A DNA stretch of 62,481 nt, the filler included, from Choristocarpus tenellus KU-1152 (Eukaryota > Protista > Phaeophyceae), in NCBI GenBank assembly GCA_964200185.2. It is 14 parts of 14 records of this genome, joined end to end, with 100 filler letters (N's around TTAATTAATTAA, not from the genome) between each part and the next. Parts side by side here need not be neighbours in the genome. Positions count along the whole stretch, not along the records: positions 46,802 to 54,145 come from CAXNAD020006303.1; positions 54,246 to 58,743 come from CAXNAD020014279.1; positions 58,844 to 62,481 come from CAXNAD020018806.1; 11 more parts are not named here. One strand, given 5' to 3'. The number at the start of each line of letters is the position of its first letter. Position 1 is the stretch's first letter. Below the pieces are notes generated by a model. The model was not told where the DNA came from and ran no database searches. It saw only the letters and a list, made by a program, of their open reading frames with translations. The position numbers and the translations under genes are program-made. Positions 51,074 to 62,481 of the stretch are shown here, piece after piece.

Positions 51074-51373
51074 GAGTGAAAGTATCTTAGAAGGTATGAG
51101 TTTTGCCCTGTTTGTCCGTTTGGCTTCCCACTGGTTTCTCATTACTTTTTCTTACTCCAAAATGTTTCGGAGTAGGTAAAATGCATTTTCCTACCCCGAA
51201 ATTTCGGACCCCGAACTTTGGAGCAGGTAAAATGTATACCTTACGAAAAGGTGTTTCCAAAATATGGACATTGACACTTCCTAACAACACTATAGGGAAA
51301 ATTACATCAAAATCGTAACATTGAAATTGGACACCTAGCGGACGTGACTCTACCCTCTAAGGTACTTTGACTC
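51074..51373. mobile_element. MITE family A with internal duplication (300 bp)
   Basis: Both TIRs present; central hairpin region duplicated; flanks TGAA/TGGA. Confidence 0.88.
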
Positions 51374-52499
51374 TGGAGCACACAGGGGTAAGGAAGAGGC
51401 AGTTGTCTGGTGAGCTTGAAACACACACCGAATGTAGACACGGGGGCTTTTTCTGTGGCAGATAAATTTGTGATGGATGGGGAGTAATAATAGTAAAAAG
51501 AGCTGACCCTAACCAGAAATTCGTCAAGGGTTCTAAATCTCCTTTTAGAAATGAGTTTCATCATCTTCAAAAGTTAGGGACAACGCGGGACAGACTTATG
51601 GCACGGAGGTAGTGCACCTGAAAACCGTTGCATATATTCTCAGGTTACAGATCTTACTCTGTAATTTTTAGAAAATCGGAGTTCCCTCTTTTGGTGCTCC
51701 ACACACGCATACACTGCTTGCGCTGGTTAAATCGTGGGAAGATATGCTTGTGCTTTTTTCCTGCAAAATAAGAAAATACTCTGGCTGGGGGGCTACCAAA
51801 GGAGCACATCTGGTATCTACAGCAACTCCTTTCCCCCTTATGAATCCCAAGAGATGGAAGACACCAGCTCGAGATTAGAGGTGTTAGGGGGCTTCATCAA
51901 GACCCTCTTTTTTCGGCGATATTGAGCGTTATGCCCTGTTACTGTTTCCCCTTATATTTGTTATTTTTGCATCTTGCTTAATATGAGTTTGTTCCCTGCA
52001 TGTCTTATTATGTTAGTGCATACATAGAGTAGTCAATTGACAGGTGTAATGTAGTGTGTAGACTGGCTTTTGATAGAAGAGCTATTGAAGCCAGGGAGAG
52101 GTTTAATGTATGGTAGATCAGGTGGCTGTGAGGGAGTCGATTAGTGCTATTCTTTTCCAAAGATTCACTTTAGGCATTTTGCACTAGGGAGATTTCGAAG
52201 ATTGCAGGGGACGCAATATGTTATTGCTAAGGACCTGCAGGAAAATGTGCCCAAGAGTGTGTTCGTGGAGATTGTGATAGGATAGGTAGGAAGTGACAGC
52301 CCCGTTATATTGCTGTATTTCAATGATTTACAGTGGTGATGTACTAGGAAGGATTTTGTGGATTGTGGGAGACGCAACTGTTAAAACATAGGCTAGTCAT
52401 CTTTTGTGTCATTGATACGGTACAGTATTACCAGTTCACTGACTGTTGATTTGCATATGAGTACTGGCCGTTACTCACATTTACATCATTGGCGCCTCA

Positions 52500-53985
52500 T
52501 CATAGCATCATTAGTTACTGTTTGAACATCATGATTCATAGGAAGCATTGAACAGTTACGATCTATCAAACATACAAGCATAGTTATGTACCATATGAGT
52601 TATCACAGATATTGATTCAAGTTTGTTTCTTTGTTCATTTTTTTTCTTCACATCAGATGTTGATTATTCTTTTTTCTCTGGTTGGCATTGCCCCCACTTA
52701 AGATCCCAAACTCACTCCATGTTAAAGTGTACTTGAAAGACAAACTGGATGCCATATATTCAGAGTTTTAATTATCCTCAAAACCCTTCTTCACAAGGTA
52801 ACAAACCTCTACTCAAAACATGCATATCTTCCTTTAAGTGTGTCGAAGAATTCCCACAATTCTGTACCAAATTACCTCTGACTGTGCACAGTATGTTGCC
52901 AGGTTAATTAGAACGAATTTACCGGAGCTTTACTGCACTATGACACCCCTTCTCTACACACCTGTTACTGCACAAGAAAACACGATTTATTCAAGCTCAG
53001 GTTTCAACAGCAACATGGTATTGCAAAGAACCCGCAGGAGAAAGCGCCCGATAATGTTTCCACATGAGGCTACAATAGGGCGGATGGATGGTTGACTTCA
53101 TTGACCCAACACCAATATTATTGATGGTAACTGCTGTTTTCCAGTGATTTGTACATAGTGATATACTAGGAAGATTTCGTAGATTGTAGGAGACGCAACT
53201 TGGTATTGCTAAGGACTTGCAGGAGATAGGTCCCAATAATGAGAGACTGCAATAGGACAGTAGTAGATTAATGACTGATTACTAGAGCCTTTACAGACCC
53301 AACATAAACATGGGTTTTAGGGTTTACCAGTAGCATTGTTTGAGAGTGCCAGAAGTTTGATTTTCTCTAGTTTTGGAGAGGTAGATTTTGAGAATGTATA
53401 GTGTCTGCACAGCAAGGGAGAGTGCGGATAGTGCTACTGATACACAATAGACACCTCTGGAGGAGTGGATTAGGAAAGGTATAGCCAGTTACATGTTTCC
53501 ATATATTTCCAGTTTAGTCCTTCGGTTCATGTACCGTAGAGATATGAGAATAGATTATCTGTTCATGTATCATGTTGGTACTTGGGATCCAGTGATAGTA
53601 TTCTTTTCTGGTTATCCATGAGGACGTTGCAAATCCCACATGGTAGACAACAGCATTCTCACCCCCATGAGTTCAGCCAACGGAATTGAGACCATATCCC
53701 CTTGGAACATCAATGTTATGTATTCACACCAACAAGCATTGTCCTCTACCAAGGCACACGATTGATCATCTTAACCGTGGGTCCAGCGTGGAATACTTAA
53801 CAAGTATCTCACTGCTAGGGAGAAGTCCGTGGCGAGGATTGACTGTAGTGGACATATAAACACCTTAAGCATTCGGATCTTGAGCTCAACTGATGCATAC
53901 CTTTGGTCCTGCCATGAAGCACTTGACCATACCTGCTGAAAGAGTCCCAGTCTTAAGGATCCTTAAATGATCGCAGCGGTGGTAC
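52500..53985 (+). mobile_element. Second degenerate copy related to the Gypsy-like element of contig 1
   Basis: ~53380-53800 is the diverged reverse complement of ~1920-2340 (shared CTACCATGTGGGATTTGCAACGTCC; GGTGTCTATwGTGTATCAGyAGCACTATC). Boundaries are approximate. Confidence 0.65.
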
Positions 53986-53987
53986 CT

Positions 53988-54145
53988 GAGCGAAAGTATC
54001 TTAGAGGGTATGAGTTTTTCCCTGTTTGTCTGTTTGGGGCTTGACTTCCCTCGGGGTTCTTAGGACATTTTCCTACTCCAAAATGTTTCGGAGTAGGTAA
54101 AATGTATACGTTATCTAAAGATGTGTCTGGAACAAGGATATTGAC
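53988..54145. mobile_element. MITE family A, cut by contig end
   Basis: GAGCGAAAGTATCTTAGAGGGTA plus conserved interior. Confidence 0.88.
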
Positions 54146-56139
54146 NNNNNNNNNNNNNNNNNNNNNNNNNNNNNNNNNNNNNNNNNNNNTTAATTAATTA
54201 ANNNNNNNNNNNNNNNNNNNNNNNNNNNNNNNNNNNNNNNNNNNNCCTTCTAAGTGCAAATACAGTCGCAAAAAAAAAGCTTTCGGTACTTTTTTAAGAC
54301 CGTTTTCGCAGAACAACCATCCTCATAGTCCCGCTCCAACCTCAATTTTGCGAATCCCCTGTTAAAAGGACAGCAATATGCCCTTGTACTCCATGTTTGT
54401 GAAGTCCAATGCAAGACAGTCTCTTGGGGATACAGGGTTGAAGTTGTTCCATGTGCAGCAGCCGCAAGCCTGGATGAAGAGTTATCTTCTGTGGAGACAA
54501 TATCACGTATGGGATTACCCCACTGAACAAAGTCTCACAAATTCATTCACTGCAAAGGGTGGCAGGGAGCCTTTGCGACAAGGCAGCCCAAATGTTAAAG
54601 AAGCTGTTACTCCTAGTGTTTGAAACCAGCTTGGGATATAAAAGAAATGGTCCTTCCCACATGTCCTGAACTAGTGAGAGTGGCATTGAGTAAGAGAGAT
54701 ACTTGTCCAGCTGTGTTAAGTGGAAGACCCTGGAATAGCTGCATATTCCGTCACTGTGTTCACCCCCCTCCAAGAGGCGTCGCAAGGTGTTGAGGATCAA
54801 GGAAGATGACACCGTGAATAACACTGTGAGTAGAGTGAAGGCAAGGCCCTCCTGATCCCCCTCGGGTGCTAGTCATCCCCTTCTCCGAAGGGATCTTCTT
54901 GATGCTATGAAGTCCCAGACAGATAGATAGCTCCATGTGCAATTCTTGGTGTGGGGAAAAGGGACACAGGAAAAAGCTTCAACTACAGATAATCACAATT
55001 AGAACTGCCGAGATTTTGCTTGTCCATGTGTGGGAATTAGATTCGAAGTGTGCAGGTTGAGTTGATTTCAAGTTGGGTTTATTGTTTGACTGATTTGATT
55101 CTCACTGCCTAGTCAGAGGGGATTGTGTCAAGATTATGCTTGACTATTTGTGAGGATATGATTTGAAGTATTATTTTATGTACGCACAGAAGATAATGCG
55201 GGACATTCAGGATATTTAGGGTTAGGGTATTTGACCAGAAGTAATCGGCGGACTGTTAAGAGGTGGAGTGTTTCTGACGTGTACTAGAGAACCGTTGAGT
55301 CATTTGGTGTTCTGAGTAATTCAATTTAAGGATTCGTGAGCCCCACTTAGTGAAGGTACCTCACTCTCTTCTCAACTGTGATACAAGCTAATAATAATGT
55401 AACTAGTTGTGTGGGACAACAGATCGTTAAGGACAGCTTATCAAGAAGCTTCACAATCAATACTGGGTAGCCAAGGCAGGCGAGCCCCAATCAAAACTAC
55501 ACTATACCAATAGGGAAAATGTACAAACACAAAATCTTGACAACCTAACCCTTCAGGTGGAGCCTGCGGGGAGTGCTGGATGTTGAGAGGACCAGCCCTG
55601 AACCTTTACCCTTCTATTCTCTCCTCGGATAAAACTAATGACCCAAAAATTGAGCAACATGAACTACTGAATCGCGCTTGGGCCTTGACAAATCCTCGTT
55701 GGTCGGGGCTGCTTGTTCAATTGAAGGCTGGGTCGCACTAGATAGCAATCAAGCAGGAAGACACACTGTCGTTGGATGCAATAGGTACGAATACCACTGC
55801 TGTTCAAGAAAGGCTTGCACCCCCGCTAGACTCCAACGAACAAATATTTACCAAAAAAGAAAAAGAAAAAATGTTGCAAAATTTTCAGAAAAAAAAAAAA
55901 AAAATCGAGACCACATTACACTCGTCTCTCTCTCTCTCTCATCATCATCATCATTATCATCATCACACAGCGGTCGAAATGGCGATATCACAAAAGTTGT
56001 CCCACTTCTGTAGAGGTAAGTCGCATCGTTCTCTTTGCTGTCCTGCACCACCATACGTGCTGATGCACAATCTCTCCATGGGCAGGCCACTAAGTATGCG
56101 TCAATTTCCCCCCTAAGAAACAAACACACCTCCAACCCA

Positions 56140-57593
56140 TCACCCCGCTATGACCGCCACTACTGCAGATACAATGAACCCCCCCAATAAATAAGCAAAT
56201 TTCGACAAGCGGCCCTCTGACGCCTCGAGTTCCCTTGGCAGCACCTCCATGAGTGCAATGTATAGGAACGTCCCAGCAGCTAGTGCAACACAGGCAGACC
56301 CAGCACCACTCTCCTTTTCATTCCTCATGGCCGTACCCAGCCAAATACCCATCGGGGTCATCAGAGAGAACAAGCTTATGTAACCTATGAGACCTCCAAT
56401 GGTCACTCCACAACGCAAAAGAGATGTGCCAAGGGCATACGCAGCAAGGCTCTTTCAAATACAGATATCATGTTTTTGTTTTTGTTTAAATAAAAAAAAA
56501 AGAGGCAACCACGGGTGGACAAAGAGAGAGGACAACACACAAACAGAGATTGTAAGGGAGATGGTCGACCAAGATGGCAAGGGTAAGAAATTCAAGGGGA
56601 GAGTGCATACCACTAAGTGATAACTGTTTGGCGATCATGTTAAGAGGAAGCAAGGGATGAGAATTGTCTGTGGGGGGAGGCAGGGAAAGGGGTACCAATA
56701 GCGTGCAAGGATGGAAGGATAAGCTTGTGTGAGATGTGGACTACTGCTTTGGTGTGGCCCTTTAGCCTAGGCAACACTGGCCGAAATGAAGAAAATAATT
56801 CCTACCTCTGATTTAAAAAAAACATATTTTCAACATCAAAACTCTCGAAAATAATAATAATATTTTAATCAAACAAAAAAATATTAACAGTATTACCGAA
56901 GTATACACCAGGAGTGTGCATACGTGAGTGAAACGCATGGATTTGGACGCAGCAAATATTATAAACACAAGAATTCCATTGCAGTCATGCAGAGACAGAG
57001 AGAGAGGCCGCCGTGGTAGCAGAGCAGGAGATAGATGCCACCTTCAACCAAAAATATACTTCATCTATACTATTTTTGCATGGGGGGAGGGATTCACTAA
57101 CCTTGTGCACAGCAATTGCAAACAGCATGTTGTACATCTTCCCTGAGTCCGCCCCAAGTCCCAACCCCTCCATCACCGAATGCACTGAAAGTGCAAGCAG
57201 CAGGGCTACCCTGGTAAGTACCCCTGTATCCTTGCCACCAAGCTCATGGGAATGCCCACGTGCCTTTATGAGCCCATCTTCCTTGTCCCACATGTCCCCC
57301 TGCCTTCCCCCCATTTCCTGTTCTGATCCTATCGGTCGCCGGTAACCATTTGTGTGACGAAATCCATTGACATTCCAATACTCCTCTCTTTCACTGCCAC
57401 AGTAGCCCCCTGGGAACAGCAATGCTCCTGGAGACCCACTATCATCAGCCCCTGTCCCTGGTCCCCCCCTGTCCCTTGCTGTGTAGCCCCTTGTGATATT
57501 TGGGTTGTGGCTGGTGTGAGAATCATCCCAACCATTATTGCTTGCATCTAAAAGCATGTCATCCATATCCTTCTCATTGCCTTCTTCCAGTTC
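56140..57593 (-). CDS. ZIP (ZRT/IRT-like) zinc/iron permease, last two exons
   Basis: Exons 57593-57102 and 56451-56140: HSH loop, ALSVHSVMEGLGLG (TM4), AIAVHK-SLAAYALG (TM5), FSLMTPMGIWLG, ALAAGTFLYIALMEVLPREL, stop at 56140-56142. Confidence 0.95.
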
Positions 57594-58895
57594 CTGACAA
57601 GAAGTGAAAGTTGACAAAAAGAGGTATGTGGGAAGGGTCAGTGAAAGGGGGGGAGGGTCGAATACAGCGAACAGGCTTGGACATTGGAGATATGGAAACA
57701 GAAAGAGAGAGAGAGAGAGAGAGGTTGGGTCTTGCCTCCATAATAAAATCACTACGCATGGGGCAAGGCACCCCTTGCAAGGGGACTCAAACTTACATCA
57801 AATACACTACAAAGTTTTGAACAAAGCTATTAGTGTAACTCTTTTATATGAAGGAAAGAAGATAGGAGGTGCCATGGAGGAACAATTTCAGCAATATGCT
57901 GAAATACATATAGGAACATTGTCCCCTGGTTATCCCCCTAGGGTATAAAGAGCAAGGCCATACGACAACAACGTACCCAAGAATCTTGTCATAGGGCGGG
58001 CTGAATAAAAACCTCACCTGACTCCATCCACACAACACAGGACATCTTCCTGGGCCATAACAAAGACTGCAAAACAGCTCGAACACATATCCCCCCCCCC
58101 TTCTGGCTCCTGGCCAACCTTTATTCTTCCTCAGGGCGATAGTACTGTTAGTACAAAATACCCGCGCGCCCACGTTCCGTACTTGGTGGGAAGAGGATGG
58201 CTGAGCACAATACATACATTCTTCATTGTATCTCATCTAACCCTAACCCTAACCCTGACCCTTAAGCCTTTACCCAAAAAGCTGGGAGAGGGGGTTCAAT
58301 ATTGCTACTGCCGGGGAAGTGTATTTCCAACACTGTGCTTACAACGTGCAATCCATACGCGCACGGTACATGCTGCAGAAAGTTCAATTTCCAGAAAACC
58401 TAGAACATCACAACAGATGCATCCATATCCCCACAATAGCACCAAAGCAACCACGCCACAAGATTCAAGCCTTGCCTCCCCTGTTCTTTAGCAAACAGAA
58501 GAGGAAGTTGACAGGAATTATTCTTAGGGCACCCAGGGATCACACTACAGGTAACTTGCGCTGTGATTACCTGACCGATGTCTCTTGAACTGTTGGTGTG
58601 GTCACCAAGCTGACCGCTAGGTGGATGTTGCGGGATTCTAAAACAAATTACAGGGAAGAGAAGAAAAAAAAAAATGGGGGGGGGGAGGGGGGGAGGAGAA
58701 ATAGATCACCGTGGAAAAACCCGCGCGGTAATAGCAACCCAAANNNNNNNNNNNNNNNNNNNNNNNNNNNNNNNNNNNNNNNNNNNNTTAATTAATTAAN
58801 NNNNNNNNNNNNNNNNNNNNNNNNNNNNNNNNNNNNNNNNNNNCCAGCACCACCGAAGTCCGCATGTGTATTTATGAGGTGGGGGGGGATAGGCG

Positions 58896-58932
<37 letters not shown>

Positions 58933-60100
58933 GGCGATACCGAGGCACTTGAACTGACATCTTTGAATGAATAAAAAAAACACAATAAACCTCCTTTTGG
59001 GAGGCGTATTGGATACATGCTCGAAAGGCATCATAGTGTATACAAAGTGTATCTGTATCCATTCTACCCATAACAACAACAAAGGCAACATAGTGTATAC
59101 AAAGTGTATCTGACTGACCTAATCATCATACCAACTTCTACCCATAACAACAACAACAACAACAACAATGCCGGTTGCACCGAAGAACACAGGGGTCGCT
59201 CCCCAAGACGCCCCCCCCGTATCAATGTGGAGACATAAGACATAAGAGGCATTTGAGTAGAGCCCCTCACATCGTCACAACCCCCATGCATTCTCACCAT
59301 CCCCACAGCTTAATTCGCAGGTATCATGTACATGTATTGAATGCACAGAAAAACCGATTCTTTCAACCGGATATGCCTGGGTTAGATAGAAGGAGAGTGC
59401 ACTGAGGGCCTTCTCTTGCACCAACACATAGCTCTACTCTTCCTATAGTACAATACATGTATTGTAGTATCCATCATACTAATAGTGTTCTCTTCCCTTC
59501 TTTCCTCTCCTGGTTATGCAGAAGTGCACTCTCTCTATATACAAGCTATCTTGCCCATGATGCCATTGCACATCTTCTCTAATGCCTGAAACATCTATTA
59601 CAACTCTTACATCTTCTCTTTTTCTTTTTCCTCAAAGGCCATTCCACTCGGCCCCACAAACCCGTGACTTCTCTAGTCAAAAACACCATGCCAAGGTATT
59701 CCGCTGGAGATCAAAGAATTTTCGCAAGTATCTTCGTTTGAGCTCAATATTTTAGAGGATCGACTCAGGTTCTACTTTGAGGGTTGCATAGTTTGGTATT
59801 GCTACACACAAGTACTGCCGCAATCACTACAAGTAGTTCCTTGAAGTAGGCTTTCAATGAGGTAACAACGCAGCAATTTCCCACGAAAGTCCCTCTTGCA
59901 AGAACTTTCTGTCTCCATACTTTGAAACGACACAGAAAAATGGTAAAATGTGCTGAGCTTCTTCACACATCACCCCTGCACCTCCAGGGCCATCTGTGAT
60001 ACGTTACATTGATCTATACTCGATTTACCTAGTTCTATCCAACAGAAGTGCACCCACATTCACACCTAGCCCACACAACAGTCTCATAAACTTCACCCAC

Positions 60101-62225
60101 CTGTTTCTTCCCACCCAAGATTGCTCTGAAGTGACCAGACCTCACGCTTGGGCTGCACATCACCAGTCCTACACTATCCTGCTCTTCTGTCAAGATGAGC
60201 TCGGGCTTAGGCACCTCAAATTGACTCTCTAGTCCGTAGGTTGAGTAGTACCATGCGCAGCTAAGATCGTTGTTCCCAAGTTGAGATAGGGTCTTCAGAA
60301 AATGACGGGGCATTTGTCCCTCCCTCATCATGTGCATTACAACCACCTCAATCATTAGCTGTGTGGGAACATATCATAACATCAAGTCTGGTCAGACAGG
60401 GGTGTTTGTTCATCCCACTGGAGATTCGTAACCCTCCTATTCAGCATCACATCGTCAAGTGCCAGGGAGATAGTTTTGCCAATAGTCTAGGGGCATTGGC
60501 TCGCCCATGCAACTCTTTGGATTTCGGGAAGCACTACACCTGCCGCTCCCACCTGTACCCATAACCCTTAACTCACCGTTAGAAATTTGTTGACCACAAT
60601 AAGCAACTGGCCGTCCAAGTATGATTTTTTCATGCACTGCTCCACGAACAACGGAGCACTCTCAATCAAGAACCGAGCATCTTCCTCCATTGGCGTACCC
60701 TTGTCAACTCCTGTTACAAAGTCCACATCATTAATCATGGCCAGAGCAATGTCCTCCACCCTCTTTGTGATTTGCATCACCTCCATTGCCTCTTCCTTTG
60801 CTGTCCGTGCCATCCCCTGCTGAGGAGGAGTATGCGTCCCAAGCTTGGCCACCTACAGTAGATCAAAAATCCGGCATTTCAGCAAGGCTTCGCAATATTA
60901 AATTTTCTGCTCAGAGGGTGGACAAGTGAAGGACTCAAGGTCACGGGCAGCACACAGATGGAGTAACATCCAACAAACAGTGTGTGTAAACTCTGTGGCA
61001 GCACAAAAGCCACTGTAAATGAAAGAGGGAATCTTGGTTCTATTGGAGATTTCGAGGGAGAATGACTTCAACTGGCCAGCAGGAAGGATACTGCAATATT
61101 GACAATGCATATCTTTGGAGGATGATGTAATCATATTGAATAGCTCTGTCTCCAAACACACATGGATATTATATTCGGAGGCCAATCATAGCTACATCAG
61201 ACTCTGCACTACTGTGCTTATATGTATACACACACAAATATGCCCACCTTCCCTGAATCCATGTGGATGGTCTCATTGTATTTTGTATCACATCCCTTGA
61301 AGCACACACGAAGGGCACCTTGATTGATTTCAACTACCTGGGCCATGCGCCAAGTGTTCCCACTCCCACACACATCCAGCCAGTCCCCCACCTGCTCGTC
61401 ACACACAAGCATACATCTATCAGAGATAGTCTGGTGTGGAAATCAAATTACTCTTTCCACCTGTTCCTGCGGCAATATGAATGACCAAAATTTGCTCAAG
61501 CTTCTGTCCTCCTGTACAGTTACCATTTCCTGTACCACCCAATATTATAGATGCAAGAGCAATTCACCAACTTCCATGTGTATAGAATAATATCTGCATG
61601 GGACAAAGTGGAGAAAGATATGGCAACCCCTGACAAATGCCCTACATCTAAACACATCCCTCACCAAGCCACAGAGTCACTATGCCACCTGAAACTTTTT
61701 TATGCAAGTCACTACCATTCACCTTCACCAAGCCATCTCTCAGTCAGAGAAAAAAAATTGTGATGAGCATCTTGTACCTACCTCAAGATCGTGGGCCGAC
61801 CATGTTGAAGCCTCCACTTGAGCACGCCGAAACCAAAGATGCACTGGGTCCTCCCCCTCGTCAACCCCTGGATTCAAGCAACGATCAAGGCGTTCCCATG
61901 CCGGATTCTCCTCTTGCCGTGTTTTGTCCAAAACCTCTCCAAAGTTTGGGTCTGCTCCGCCAAAGGCCACCACCACATCTACCAACGGAAAAAGAGTACC
62001 CTTCCCTTGTGCAACTCCAGCTTCTCCCCACTCCCTCATTTCCGTTGTCTCCCACGCTACCGATGCCGCCTCCAGACCATTTCCTCTTTGCCCCTTTCTC
62101 GCTGTGGGTAACCGCCGTCGAAGCCAAAGGAAAGCCCTCCTTCCAGTTGCACCACCCTTGGCAAGATTGCGGGATACACGCTCGTAGCCCTCTGCTGGGA
62201 CCTCGTCGTCGTATGTAACGCACAG
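60101..62225 (-). CDS. Large multidomain protein fragment: MABP-like repeats plus Tudor/MBT-like domain plus helical region
   Basis: Phase-0 exons 62225-61782, 61391-61248, 60852-60577 and 60358-~60101. Motifs: CVTYDDEVPAEGYERVSRNLAKGG..AFLWLRR and PLVDVVV..RCLNPG..HLWFRR (MABP-like); DLE-VGDWLDV..WRMAQVV..RVCFKGCDTKYNETI (Tudor-like). Confidence 0.8.
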
Positions 62226-62481
62226 CTAGATAGTGCAGGAAGAGAGGAGATGGGAGCAGGGTCACTAGTCAGCAGGTAGGAAGTGGGATCAAGACACAGC
62301 TTTCAAGGAGATACGAGCACAGGCGCCCGTTTACAGGTGCAACGTAGACCGGGAACTAAGTTTGGTATATATGATGTATGTATGTATGTCTCTATCTATC
62401 TATCTCTCTCGACCCCCCCCCCCGCCCTATATATATCTACACCTAGTAGACAACACAATAGGAGACAAGTCCGTTTTATAC

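Noticed and set aside
54330-54940. Possible hAT transposase C-terminal remnant
   Set aside because: Only a vague W..P..VR pattern with many stops; the diagnostic ERxFS motif was not found.

Overview
This window is not one continuous locus. It is 14 short contigs of a draft eukaryotic assembly joined by artificial 100-nt linkers (N-TTAATTAATTAA-N). Intron-rich GT-AG genes, a bipartite plastid-targeting presequence and scattered TTAGGG motifs suggest an ochrophyte or brown-alga-like genome (inference). Partial multi-exon genes I could reconstruct by hand: an RCC1-repeat protein, gamma-tocopherol methyltransferase (VTE4-like), mitochondrial-type ribosomal protein L19, a YheT/ABHD-type alpha/beta hydrolase, a ZIP metal transporter, a MABP-repeat plus Tudor-like protein and one unknown protein. 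Much of the rest is transposon debris: Ty3/Gypsy (two related copies), Ty1/Copia (integrase-RT; LTR-PBS-gag), and IS630/Tc1-like and plant-mariner-like transposase remnants. The most striking pattern is a pair of very abundant related MITE families, A (~259 bp, about 18 copies or fragments) and B (~178 bp, about 14). They share terminal motifs, some copies have 4-bp target duplications, and family A has GAG..CTC termini, which fits non-autonomous Sola-type elements. I found no CRISPR array, prokaryotic defence system or intact novel enzyme system.
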